Part shown: positions 17,827 to 27,438 of the stretch, piece after piece | How the letters are laid out: the number at the start of each line of letters is the position of its first letter | Position numbering within the stretch: position 1 is the stretch's first letter | NCBI GenBank assembly: GCA_027068765.1 | Contig: JAMOMC010000172.1 | Coordinates: 5,123-69,122 of the forward strand | DNA: 64,000 nt | DNA from: Campylobacterales bacterium | GTDB lineage: Bacteria; Campylobacterota; Campylobacteria; Campylobacterales; QNZT01 | Direction of reading: 5' to 3' | The notes under the pieces: model-generated | Database searches by the model: none | What the model was told of the DNA's origin: nothing | Seen by the model: the letters and a program-made list of their open reading frames with translations, nothing else | Program-made: the position numbers and the translations under genes

Positions 17827-19038
17827 CTATTTTTTGATAGAGATTGGAATTTTGATTGTAAACTCTGCCCCTTTTAACTCTTCATTTTCATATGTGTAAG
17901 TTACATTTTTCGCCTCTATTTTTCCACCCATATGATTTTCAACAATCTCCCTACTCATCCAAAGACCAATACCAGTTCCGTCATTTTCAATTTTTGTTGT
18001 AAAGTATGGTTTAAAAATATCCTTTTTGTTTTCACTTTTAATACCTCCTGCACTATCTTTGATAATTATGTGAGCTTCATTTTCTATTCGTTTTGTAGAT
18101 ATAAATATAAACTTTTTTAAATCTTCTTGTTCATTTAGAGCATCTTTTGCATTATTTAGTATATTTATAACAGCTTGTGAAAGCTCACTCTCAAAACCTG
18201 TTATTTTGACACTATTTATATCTTTTACAATTGTTATATCTCCATTTTGTAGAGTGTAAGAGAGAAGTTTAAGACTACTCTCAATTACAGAGGCACTCTC
18301 AAAAACATTTAAATCTTTTTGTGGTTTAAAAAAGTTTCTAAAATCACTTATTGTATTTGAGAGTATATTTACATAATTTTCAATATCATCAAGTTTTTCA
18401 TCAACTTGTTTTTTACATTTCTTTATACCTTGTTCATTGTCAAGTTCAAACTTATCTAGTGCAAACTTTGTCTTTAAACCAAGTGTAGTTGCAGAGATTG
18501 CACCAAGAGGTTGTCGCCATTGATGTGCAATATTTGCTATCATCTCTCCCATGGATGCCATTTTGGCTTGTTGAAAAAGAACTTGGTCTTTTAGTCGTAA
18601 GCTTTGTACTTGTTGTTGTACTTGTTGTTCTAGGTTCTCATTTAAGTGTTGTAGCTCTTTTGTTGTTTTTGAGAGATTTAGGTGGGTTTTTACTCTTTTT
18701 AAGAGTACTTCTGTATAAAAAGGTTTAGTGACATAGTCAATACCACCTTCTTCAAAACCTGTTATGATATCTTGTTCTTCATCTTTCACGGTTAAAAAAA
18801 TTACGGGTATCTCTTTTGTTGTTTCGTGGAGTTTTAATTTTTTACAAACTTCATATCCATCAAGCTTTGGCATTATAATATCTAATAAAATTAGATCAAT
18901 ATCACCACTTTTTGCTAACTCTAACCCTTTTTCTCCATCTTGTGCATAGACTAAGTTATATCCCTCTTTGCTTAAAATTCCCATAGCCACTTGTAAGTTT
19001 TTGGCATTATCATCGATGAGTAGTATTTTAAAATTCAA
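17827..19038 (-). CDS. Response-regulator receiver fused to histidine kinase (REC-HisKA-HATPase)
   Basis: REC motif 'ILLIDD...LLDIIMPKLDG...TVKDEE'. H-box 'IAHQWRQPL'. ATPase G-box 'DGTGIGLWMS'. Confidence 0.8.
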   Translation of the reverse strand: MNFKILLIDDNAKNLQVAMGILSKEGYNLVYAQDGEKGLELAKSGDIDLILLDIIMPKLDGYEVCKKLKLHETTKEIPVIFLTVKDEEQDIITGFEEGGIDYVTKPFYTEVLLKRVKTHLNLSKTTKELQHLNENLEQQVQQQVQSLRLKDQVLFQQAKMASMGEMIANIAHQWRQPLGAISATTLGLKTKFALDKFELDNEQGIKKCKKQVDEKLDDIENYVNILSNTISDFRNFFKPQKDLNVFESASVIESSLKLLSYTLQNGDITIVKDINSVKITGFESELSQAVINILNNAKDALNEQEDLKKFIFISTKRIENEAHIIIKDSAGGIKSENKKDIFKPYFTTKIENDGTGIGLWMSREIVENHMGGKIEAKNVTYTYENEELKGAEFTIKIPISIKK

Positions 19039-19424
19039 GCTATCTCCTTTTTTAACTCAATTAACTGTGAGTGTAAAGCTACTTTTGTTTTTAACTCAAT
19101 ATCTATGAATGGTTTGATAATATAATCAACCCCTCCAACTTCATATGCTTTTTGTATATCTTCTAAAGAGTCACGCCCTGATAAAAATATAATGACAATA
19201 TCTCTTGTTTGCTTATCTTTTTTTAATATTTCACACATTTCATAGCCATTCATAAAAGGCATCATGATATCTAATAAAACTATCTCAATATTGTGCTCTT
19301 TTACAAGCTTAAGTCCCATGATAGCACTTTTAGCATAAAACATTTGATGCCCGTCATTTTTGAGCATATTCATTGCCATTTGGATATTTTTAGGGGTGTC
19401 ATCTACTATTAGTATCTTGCTCAA
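19035..19424 (-). CDS. Single-domain CheY-like response regulator
   Basis: 'ILIVDDTPKN', 'LLDIMMPFMNG' and 'KPF'. 4-bp overlaps with both neighbours. Confidence 0.85.
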   Translation of the reverse strand: MSKILIVDDTPKNIQMAMNMLKNDGHQMFYAKSAIMGLKLVKEHNIEIVLLDIMMPFMNGYEMCEILKKDKQTRDIVIIFLSGRDSLEDIQKAYEVGGVDYIIKPFIDIELKTKVALHSQLIELKKEIA

Positions 19425-22400
19425 GCTTTATCCTTTTGTAAAATATTTTCTAATTTTGCTATTAGATTTGGAAAAGAGTTCATCATAAAATCTATCCTCT
19501 CTATATCAAAACTTTCACAATTTAGCTTCAACTCTTTTGCATAAGTTAATAGAAGATTGTTAGGATGCAAATTTGCTAAATCTATCAAGTTGGTGGCAAA
19601 CTCTAAAATTAGTGAAAAATCTCCCATATCTTTTATCTTAGTCCATTTTTTAATATAAACTTCTTGAAGTATTTTAACCGTTTTTGGCAAATCTACATAA
19701 GTATTTTCTTCTATAGATGCATCTTTTTTTTGTTTTAATTCATATGTATTATAAGTTAAAAATTTTGTTAATTCCAAAATTAATTCATCATATGATACAG
19801 GTTTTCTAAGATAACCATCAAATTTATACTCTTTAATTTTTTGCATATCTTTTCCCATTACTGAAGCGGTAATTGCAACTACTGGTATATCTTTTAAAAG
19901 AGAGTTTTTTTTGATAATTGATATAGCTTCGTAACCATCCATTATGGGCATTTTTATATCCATGCAGATTAAATCAACTTTGATACTTTTCAATTTCTCT
20001 AAAGCATCTTTCCCATTTTGTGCTTCATAGATTTTTAAGCCATAATTTTTAAGAGCAGATTTTATAAGTTTTCTGTTATCTTTTATATCATCTACAACTA
20101 AAATAGTTGCAGAGTTAAACTCTATACTTTCAGCTATAAATTGTGGTTGTTTTTTTTCATTTTCAATTAAACTTACAGAAATATCTTTAAGATAAACGGT
20201 AAATTTTGAGCCCTCTTTTAGCTTGCTTTGAACCTCTATATCTCCATTCATAAAGTTTAATAGTTTTTTACAAATTGTTAATCCTAATCCTGTACCTCCA
20301 TATTTTTGATTTTGTCCTTTTTGTTGCTCAAATGAGTTAAAAATACTCTTAAGATTTTTTGCATCTATACCTATGCCTGTATCTTCAACAATTAAAGCTA
20401 AATCAATCTTACTCTTTTTCTCATCATCAAATATCTTTTTTACAGATAGTTTAATAACTCCACTATCAGTAAATTTTATAGCATTTCCAATTATATTAAA
20501 TAAAATCTGTCTAATTCTAGCACTATCTAAAAGTAGATATTTAGGAATACTATCATCTATCGCAACTTCAAAATTAAGATTTTTTTGCATAAGTTTTATG
20601 GAAAATATAGACTCCATCTCTAAAACCAATTGCTTGATATTTACACTCTCTAGTATAATTTCTAATTTTCCAGCTTCAATTTTGGATAAATCTAAAATAT
20701 CATTTATAATATCTAAAAGTGCAGATCCTCCTCTTTTTATGGAGCTTAGATAATCTTTTTGTATAGGGTCTGTTATGAGTTTTTCTAAGAGGTTTGAAAA
20801 ACCAATAACAGAATTCATAGGTGTTCTTATCTCATGAGACATATTTGCTAAAAATTCTGATTTTGATAAATTTGCTAATTCTGCTTGTTTTTTGGCTTTT
20901 GATAACTCTTTTTCCATCTTCATTCTTTGAGTTAAGTCAACACCAATTGTAAGAAGAGCATCTTGACCATCATACATAATTGGTAAAATAGATATCATTA
21001 TGTTGTCAATATCTCCATTATAATTTTTTAGTTTTATAATTTTTTCTTTTACAACTCCATCTTTTTTTAAAGTCTCTATAACTTCTATTCTCTCATTTGT
21101 ATCAACATAAAACTCTAAGATATTGTAATTTTCAATATCTTCACTTGAGAGATTATAATCTTTTATAGTTTTTGGATTTGCTAAGAGTATTTTCCCTTCT
21201 ATTGTGGTTACTACAACATATAAAAGTATATTATCTATGAGGGTTCTTATCTGAGTTTCACTCTCTTTTAGTGCTATATTTAGTTTTTTTCTTTTTTTAA
21301 TTTCAGATGCAAGTTTATAATTCCATACAATTATAGCTATCAAGATAAGTAAAAAAACACCAAACAGTTGATATAAAATAGTATAATCAACATTTGTGAC
21401 AAATTCTATTTTTTGCCACCTATTAAGGTTCTCATTATTTTTAATTTCACTCATAGATTTTTCTATGAGTGATCGAAGAAAAGGTTTATCTTCGTGTATA
21501 AAAAGTGTTGACTTCATCTGTATAGAAGTTTTTCCTACAATTTTAAGAGTGTTAAAACCTTGAGCTTTGATTAAATACGAAGCGGCTGGCATAGACAATA
21601 AAATAGCATCATATTTCTCATACACTAAACCACTTAGTGCATCTTTTGGATTTTTTACCTGAATAAATGGTATATCTTTATAGTTTTCAATGAGTTTATG
21701 AGTATATCCATAATCATTTACAATAGCAATTTTTTTATCTTTTATATCTTTTAAATCATCAATAAAACTATTGTCCTCACGCATAATTATAACAATAGGT
21801 ATAGTAGAATAGGGTGTAATTGGTTTGTAGTTTTGTTTTAAAATCATATCGTCAATTTCACCAGAAATTATATCAAGTTGATGTTTTTGAGATAAATCTA
21901 ATGTCTCTTGCCAACTACTTGTAATTTTTGGTTTTATTTTTATACCAATTTTTTTCTCTAACTCTTTTAAATACTCTGCAACTATTCCAATATACTCTCC
22001 ATTTTTATTAAAAGCTTCAAAAGGGAGCCAATTTGGATTTCCTGCAAAAAAGATAGTTGGATTTTTCTCTAACCATCTCTTTTCTGCTTGAGAGAGTGAA
22101 ATTTGTTTAGATATATTTTTAAAATTCTCTTTATAAAAGAAGTCATTATCTATTTTTGGATTTTTTACCAATCCTAATTTGTAGTAAGTTTGTGCAACAT
22201 TTTGATACTTATATCTGTTTATATTACCTAGTTTTTTAAAATTTGGCATAATCATCTGATAAGTGCTTTTTGCTTCAAGTTTTAAAAGTTCTTTATCTGC
22301 TTTTGGTGCATATGTTTTTAAAATTATATCAATTATCTCATCTTGGTTTTCAAGAGCATATTCCCAACCTTTTAGAGTTGCTTTTTTCATTTTAGCAACT

Positions 22401-23068
22401 CTTTTTGGATGAGTGGATAACTCTTTTTGACTTGTAAAAAAATTATCTCCATAAAAATCAATTCCATAACTTTTTGGGTCAATTATATTGACTTTTACAC
22501 CTTTTTTAGCAAGATAAAATGGCTGTGAAGTAGTGTATGCTGAAATAGCATCAACTTTTTTATTGATTAAATCTTCATATGAGCTAAAAGGTACAATGTC
22601 TATATTTTGCAAGCTACCAATTGCATTTAAAAACATAGCATTTATTGGAGTGCCTCCATATCCATCAAAAGCATAAGAGATTTTTTTGCCTATCATTTCG
22701 TATGGTGTTGTAATTTGTGACTCATAAAGCGAGATTAAAACAAGAGGAGATTGTTGAAATATTTGTGAAATTAGTACAACATTTTCACCTTTAAGCCTAT
22801 GAATTGCAAGTGTACTATCGCTTACACCATATTGGGACTCTCCATCTAAAACTTTTTGTATAGGGCTTTTTTGAAAATCTATCTCTTTTAGTGTAACTTC
22901 GAGCCCCTCCTCTTCATAGAAACCTTTATAAATAGCAGCATAGTAGCCTGCAAATTGAAAAGAGTGTTTCCATTTTAATTCAATTGAAACCTTTTGTTTT
23001 ACGCTAATTTTTGCATTTAAAGTGGAGAAAAATAGTAAAAATGTGATGAGAATAGAAATATTTTTCAC
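19421..23068 (-). CDS. Hybrid sensor histidine kinase with two periplasmic solute-binding domains, PAS, HisKA, HATPase and REC
   Basis: Signal/TM segment, an NMT1/SsuA-like SBP ('LKWKHSFQFAGYY') and a type-3 SBP ('FFAGNPNWLPFEAF'), then TM and PAS. H-box 'MSHEIRTPMNSV', N-box 'GNAIKFT', 'DTGIGI', 'GGTGLGLTI'. REC 'VVDDIKDN...MDIKMPIMDG'. The ~130-aa C-terminal helical tail has no obvious HxxKG. Confidence 0.85.
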   Translation of the reverse strand: MKNISILITFLLFFSTLNAKISVKQKVSIELKWKHSFQFAGYYAAIYKGFYEEEGLEVTLKEIDFQKSPIQKVLDGESQYGVSDSTLAIHRLKGENVVLISQIFQQSPLVLISLYESQITTPYEMIGKKISYAFDGYGGTPINAMFLNAIGSLQNIDIVPFSSYEDLINKKVDAISAYTTSQPFYLAKKGVKVNIIDPKSYGIDFYGDNFFTSQKELSTHPKRVAKMKKATLKGWEYALENQDEIIDIILKTYAPKADKELLKLEAKSTYQMIMPNFKKLGNINRYKYQNVAQTYYKLGLVKNPKIDNDFFYKENFKNISKQISLSQAEKRWLEKNPTIFFAGNPNWLPFEAFNKNGEYIGIVAEYLKELEKKIGIKIKPKITSSWQETLDLSQKHQLDIISGEIDDMILKQNYKPITPYSTIPIVIIMREDNSFIDDLKDIKDKKIAIVNDYGYTHKLIENYKDIPFIQVKNPKDALSGLVYEKYDAILLSMPAASYLIKAQGFNTLKIVGKTSIQMKSTLFIHEDKPFLRSLIEKSMSEIKNNENLNRWQKIEFVTNVDYTILYQLFGVFLLILIAIIVWNYKLASEIKKRKKLNIALKESETQIRTLIDNILLYVVVTTIEGKILLANPKTIKDYNLSSEDIENYNILEFYVDTNERIEVIETLKKDGVVKEKIIKLKNYNGDIDNIMISILPIMYDGQDALLTIGVDLTQRMKMEKELSKAKKQAELANLSKSEFLANMSHEIRTPMNSVIGFSNLLEKLITDPIQKDYLSSIKRGGSALLDIINDILDLSKIEAGKLEIILESVNIKQLVLEMESIFSIKLMQKNLNFEVAIDDSIPKYLLLDSARIRQILFNIIGNAIKFTDSGVIKLSVKKIFDDEKKSKIDLALIVEDTGIGIDAKNLKSIFNSFEQQKGQNQKYGGTGLGLTICKKLLNFMNGDIEVQSKLKEGSKFTVYLKDISVSLIENEKKQPQFIAESIEFNSATILVVDDIKDNRKLIKSALKNYGLKIYEAQNGKDALEKLKSIKVDLICMDIKMPIMDGYEAISIIKKNSLLKDIPVVAITASVMGKDMQKIKEYKFDGYLRKPVSYDELILELTKFLTYNTYELKQKKDASIEENTYVDLPKTVKILQEVYIKKWTKIKDMGDFSLILEFATNLIDLANLHPNNLLLTYAKELKLNCESFDIERIDFMMNSFPNLIAKLENILQKDKA

Positions 23069-23103
23069 TTATACACATCCCAATCTTGAAAAATTTAATG
23101 TCT

Positions 23104-24852
23104 TTAATTTGGTATTGTACTTTTTTGACTAATTAAAGTAGCTGATGGTTCAAAAAAGTAATAGCCTTGATATTCATCTATATCAAACTCTTGTAGTTTT
23201 TCGAAAACCTCTTTTGAGTGGACAAACTCTGCAATTACTTTTATGCCTAACTCATTTGCAGTTTGAGTGATTGCTTTTACCATTGTCTGTATCTGTATAC
23301 TTTTGTCAATGTTTTTTATTAAAGAGCCATCAATCTTTAGATAATCTGGACTCGTTTGTATAATATTTCCAAAGTTTGAAAAACCGCTACCAAAATCATC
23401 AATGGCAATTTTAACTCCATATTTCCTAAATTTTTTGATAAATTTTTGCAATATTTTATAATCTTTTATATCTTCGCTCTCTACAATTTCAAAAATTAGT
23501 CTATCTCCAATATCATGGTTTTCTAATACATTTTCTATTAATGAGACTATACTACTATCAGTAAAATCACTGTATGTAAGGTTGACAGATAAGATACAGT
23601 GATTTTTGATGAGATGTTCAAGAGCTTTTTTTACCATTGTTTTTGATAGATTTGAGTACTGTTTTGTAGCAATTGCAGTATCAAGAAAAAAGTACGGGGA
23701 TACAAGAGTCTCTACCTCATTCTCTACCTCTTTTAATCGCATTAAAGCTTCATGTTTTACAATTTTGCCTTGACAATTTACAATTGGCTGAAAAACTGGG
23801 ATAATATTGTTGTTATCTAAAGCATATTGTATTTTTCTTTTCCAGCTTATTGTATTTTGCATCTTTTTTAAAGTATTCATTGAGGTTTTATAAATTATAT
23901 ATGGTTTTTTATCTGTTTTTGCAAATTTTAATGCAATATCTGCATGAGTTAAAAGATGATCTTTCTCAAATGAAACACCAATTGTTGCATCTATGTAAAT
24001 TTCCTCTTTAAGCTCTTCCATATAAAGTGGTAGATGTATTATAAATTTGCTAAGTCTTGTTATAAAGTTTTTAAATTTATCCTCGTTTTCTTGTTTACTA
24101 CAAATTGCAAACTCATCTCCTGATGTTCTATAGAGTGTATAATTTGCCCCCAAGGTGTGTACTTCTAAAATATTTGCAAACTGTCGTATAGTTACATTAC
24201 CTATATTGGTTCCATATAAATCATTTATAAATTGCAGGCGATCTATATCAATGAGAGCTAACATCTCATACTCATTTTTTTCAATATCTCTACTAAGTGC
24301 TAAACGATTTTTAAGACCTGTTAAGTGGTCGGTGTAAAGCTGCTTTTTTAGCTCATTTGTTCTTTTTTTTATCTCAACTTCTAGATGCTCATTTGATGCG
24401 ACTATTTTGGCAGTGTAAAGTTTTGAGTTTTTTTCATTATTTATATTTTTTGATATTTTATATAGTGCTTTTAGGAGTTGTTTTTCTTGCATAGGTTTTA
24501 GTAAAAAACTATCTATTCCTAAATTTATTAGTTTTAAAAGAGTTGCAGGTTCATCCTGAGCAGATACTACTGAAATATACTGTTTTATATTAATTTGATG
24601 TATTTGTTCAATCATATCTAAGCCATTTAAATTTGGCATGTTTATATCTGTTATAACTATATCAAAATAGCGATTTTTTGTATATAACTCATTTTTGTAA
24701 GCATTTAAACCTTCTTTTCCATCTGTACATAAGGTAACACTTGCAAATAGCATCTCATATAACTCAACACTCTGCTCTATGATTGATGCATCATCTTCAA
24801 CATATAGTAAGTGTAAGTTTTTGGTATAAAAATGTAGTTCTTTAAAGTCCAT
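23104..24852 (-). CDS. REC-GGDEF-EAL c-di-GMP turnover protein
   Basis: REC 'LLYVEDD...TDINMPNLNG'. GGDEF domain with variant 'SGDEF'. EAL domain motifs 'HEALMRL', 'DDFGSGFSN' and 'EYQGYYF'. Confidence 0.85.
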   Translation of the reverse strand: MDFKELHFYTKNLHLLYVEDDASIIEQSVELYEMLFASVTLCTDGKEGLNAYKNELYTKNRYFDIVITDINMPNLNGLDMIEQIHQINIKQYISVVSAQDEPATLLKLINLGIDSFLLKPMQEKQLLKALYKISKNINNEKNSKLYTAKIVASNEHLEVEIKKRTNELKKQLYTDHLTGLKNRLALSRDIEKNEYEMLALIDIDRLQFINDLYGTNIGNVTIRQFANILEVHTLGANYTLYRTSGDEFAICSKQENEDKFKNFITRLSKFIIHLPLYMEELKEEIYIDATIGVSFEKDHLLTHADIALKFAKTDKKPYIIYKTSMNTLKKMQNTISWKRKIQYALDNNNIIPVFQPIVNCQGKIVKHEALMRLKEVENEVETLVSPYFFLDTAIATKQYSNLSKTMVKKALEHLIKNHCILSVNLTYSDFTDSSIVSLIENVLENHDIGDRLIFEIVESEDIKDYKILQKFIKKFRKYGVKIAIDDFGSGFSNFGNIIQTSPDYLKIDGSLIKNIDKSIQIQTMVKAITQTANELGIKVIAEFVHSKEVFEKLQEFDIDEYQGYYFFEPSATLISQKSTIPN

Positions 24853-24981
24853 AAATTAAAATCCTAATATGTTGTGAAATAACTATTTTAAAACATGGAT
24901 TGTATCATGTAATAGATTAATTTTTTCTTTTAAGATTTTAATTTAATTTTATTAGTTTTTATTATAATTTAGCATCCTTGC

Positions 24982-25644
24982 TTAGATTTTAAATTTTTGT
25001 ATCGTAAACTCTCCATCTTTATAACTTAAGTAGTACAATAAATCTTTTTTTACCTCTTCGCCTATGAGGTATCTTATGGCTAGATTTGCTTGTAAAGATG
25101 CTACTTGCATGATGATAGGAGCCGCTATGCCTCCTGGTTTTCTATCTGTGATTTTAAATGCATCAAAACTAGCTTTGTCAAAAAAACATACTTGTCCGTG
25201 AAACTCTTCAACTGAGCCATAAATCCAAGGGGTTTTTGTCTCTTTGGCCCATTCTCCTATAGCTTTTCGTGTTGGAAGATTATCCATAGCATCTATGATG
25301 AGATCTACTTTGTGACCCTCTTTTTTAAACTCATCAAAACTCATAACTTTTGGTATGGTCTTGGTATATGGAGATTTGCTTTGTATTAGTTTTGAGATGC
25401 ATTGAGCTTTTTGCTTATTTTCATCTTCAAGTGTAAAAGCTATCTGCCTGTGTATGTTGTGAAGTGTTACATGGTCAAAATCTATGAGATATATGGTTCC
25501 AATCCCTATTGTCCCAAGTGCAAGAGAGAGTGAACTACCAAGTCCACCACACCCTATAATAGCAATTGTCTTATCTTGTAAACTATCTTGAGCCTCATCT
25601 CCCCAAAGTTGAATTTGTCTTAAAAAATACTCATCTCTTGTCAT
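24982..25644 (-). CDS. ThiF/MoeB/HesA-family E1-like adenylyltransferase
   Basis: 'IAIIGCGGLGS' nucleotide-binding loop, 'DFDHVTLHNIHRQ', and ~220 aa length. Confidence 0.8.
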   Translation of the reverse strand: MTRDEYFLRQIQLWGDEAQDSLQDKTIAIIGCGGLGSSLSLALGTIGIGTIYLIDFDHVTLHNIHRQIAFTLEDENKQKAQCISKLIQSKSPYTKTIPKVMSFDEFKKEGHKVDLIIDAMDNLPTRKAIGEWAKETKTPWIYGSVEEFHGQVCFFDKASFDAFKITDRKPGGIAAPIIMQVASLQANLAIRYLIGEEVKKDLLYYLSYKDGEFTIQKFKI

Positions 25645-25719
25645 GGTTTCTCCTTCGTTTAGTTATATTATCATTTTTATAGTTAATAATTGTAAAAAGT
25701 AAATTTGATATCTATTTAA

Positions 25720-25768
25720 TTTTTGCACATCTTTATGATTAAAAATTAATCATAAAGATGTGCAAAAA
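25720..25768. repeat. Perfect 49-nt palindrome (23-bp arms, 3-nt centre) in a divergent intergenic region
   Basis: I read 'tttttgcacatctttatgattaa-aaa-ttaatcataaagatgtgcaaaaa' directly. The arms are exact reverse complements. Confidence 0.9.
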
Positions 25769-25810
25769 AGATTTATAAAATTATATAATAAGAGAAAAAA
25801 AGATTTAACC

Positions 25811-27391
25811 ATGAAACAATTAACTCCATTAGAGAGTTTTATAAACTATAAAACAGATACAGATAAACAGTGTGGAAATTACCATATAGAGATTGCAGAG
25901 TTAAAAGAGAATGAGCAGTATAGATTTCATTTTGATATGAGTGTCTGTATCGGTTGTCACTGTTGTGAGGTGGCTTGCAATGAGCAAAATGCTAACTCTG
26001 CAGATATAAAATGGCGTCGTGTTGGTGAGATGGAAGCGGGAGTTTTTCCAAATGTAAAGCAACTTTTTAACTCAATGAGCTGTAATCACTGTATAGATCC
26101 TGAGTGTTTAAAAGGCTGTCCTACAAACTCATATATAAAGTTTGAAAATGGCATAGTTTATCACGATGATGATGTTTGCATAGGATGCCAATACTGTACT
26201 TGGAACTGCCCTTATGAAGTCCCTATTTTTAATCCTGATAGAGGTATAGTTACAAAATGTCATATGTGTTACGAAAAGTTAGATGCAAAACAGACTCCAG
26301 CTTGTGTTCAAGCTTGTCCCGCAGGGGCGATAGAGATAGAGATTGTAAATGTTGATAAATGGTTAAAATCAGATATCAAAAAAGAGGGGGTAGCACCACA
26401 TCTTCCAGATATCTCTATCACAAAACCAACTACTAGATATACACTTCCTAAATTTGATGAAGATGTAAAGCCAGTGGATGAGCATATCTTAAAACCAGCA
26501 CACAAAGAGTTACCACTTATCTTCATGACTATCTTTTCACAAATCTCAGTTGGCGGATTTTTGGCTCTATTTTTAGGACATATTTTAAATATTGAATTTA
26601 ATTTAGAGAAGACAAATCTCTGGCTGGTAGTTGTGGTCTTTTTACCAATTGCAGTAGGTCTACCTCTTTCAGCTTTACATCTAGGTCGTCCAATTATGGC
26701 TTTTAGTGCTATGAAAAATATCAAAACTTCTTGGCTATCTCGTGAAGCTTTAGCTCTTGGTTTATATGCTTTTGGTGTTTTTTTGGTAGTTATTTTGTAT
26801 TATTTTGAAATTTTTGGTATTTTGATGACTCTTTTACAAGCTTTAGTTTTGAGTATGGGAGTTTATGGTATTTTTGCTCAATCGATGATATATCGTGTTA
26901 AAGCTAGACCATCTTGGGATAGAGTCTCAACTACAAAGAGATTTTTTGGATCAGGATATGTTGGGTTTTTGCTTGTGGGTTTTGTGATGCTTTTAGATGG
27001 AGCTAATGAGAGTGTTATGGCTATTTTGGTACTGATGTTACTTTTTGGGGGTTACCAAATTTATGCTATTTATAAAGAGGTATACTTTTATAAGTGTCTA
27101 GATGTAAATAGTATAAACTTTTATCAATTAAATAGAACAAAAAAACTTCTCGAAGAGAAATTTAGAAAGTATAAAAATATTAGGCTCACTTCGATAGTGC
27201 TATTTGCTTTAGTATTTCCACTTTTTGCTATAGTTTTTATAGTGAATGAGTCATTTGTGTTTGCTCTATTTTTACTTTTTATCTCAATTGCAGGAGCGAC
27301 TGTAAGCGAACTTTTAGGTCGTTATCTCTTTTTTGTTACGGTTGTACCTTTGGGTTTAGCAGGGAATTTTTTTGCTGGAAATCAGAGATAA
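25811..27391 (+). CDS. Fused DmsB-like 4x[4Fe-4S] ferredoxin + DmsC/YnfH-like membrane anchor
   Basis: Cys clusters 'CIGCHCCEVAC', 'CNHCIDPECLKGCP', 'CIGCQYCTWNCP' and 'CHMC...ACVQACP', followed by ~8 hydrophobic helices. I prefer ATG 25811 because the GTG at 25760 lies inside the palindrome. Confidence 0.75.
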   Translation: MKQLTPLESFINYKTDTDKQCGNYHIEIAELKENEQYRFHFDMSVCIGCHCCEVACNEQNANSADIKWRRVGEMEAGVFPNVKQLFNSMSCNHCIDPECLKGCPTNSYIKFENGIVYHDDDVCIGCQYCTWNCPYEVPIFNPDRGIVTKCHMCYEKLDAKQTPACVQACPAGAIEIEIVNVDKWLKSDIKKEGVAPHLPDISITKPTTRYTLPKFDEDVKPVDEHILKPAHKELPLIFMTIFSQISVGGFLALFLGHILNIEFNLEKTNLWLVVVVFLPIAVGLPLSALHLGRPIMAFSAMKNIKTSWLSREALALGLYAFGVFLVVILYYFEIFGILMTLLQALVLSMGVYGIFAQSMIYRVKARPSWDRVSTTKRFFGSGYVGFLLVGFVMLLDGANESVMAILVLMLLFGGYQIYAIYKEVYFYKCLDVNSINFYQLNRTKKLLEEKFRKYKNIRLTSIVLFALVFPLFAIVFIVNESFVFALFLLFISIAGATVSELLGRYLFFVTVVPLGLAGNFFAGNQR

Positions 27392-27406
27392 TGTTAATCT
27401 GATTTC
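27378..27406. terminator. Hairpin between convergent genes
   Basis: 'gaaatcaga-(11 nt)-tctgatttc' spans the stop codon of the Fe-S/anchor gene. Confidence 0.35.
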
Positions 27407-27438
27407 TGCAATTATGATATTTTATCAAACTTAGGCTG

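Noticed and set aside
20373-20753. 126-aa plus-strand ORF, together with similar antisense ORFs at 10117-10320, 10359-10637, 14154-14441, 18489-18728, 26308-26724, 33059-33367, 33443-33856, 59988-60350 and 61590-62251.
   Set aside because: All lie fully inside long opposite-strand genes with strong motifs. Their products are low-complexity (S/F/L/I-rich), lack RBS support and have no recognisable motifs. I treat them as shadow ORFs.
25760-25810. The ORF-track GTG start extends the Fe-S/anchor gene by 17 codons. Similar N-terminal extensions occur at 7042, 43474, 47681, 50848 and 57411.
   Set aside because: The 25760 start lies inside the 49-nt palindrome. In the other cases an internal ATG with a good Shine-Dalgarno sequence yields a proper signal peptide or lipobox, removes an overlap with a divergent gene, or aligns with a paralog start. 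I trimmed the starts accordingly; 57411 remains a possible alternative.
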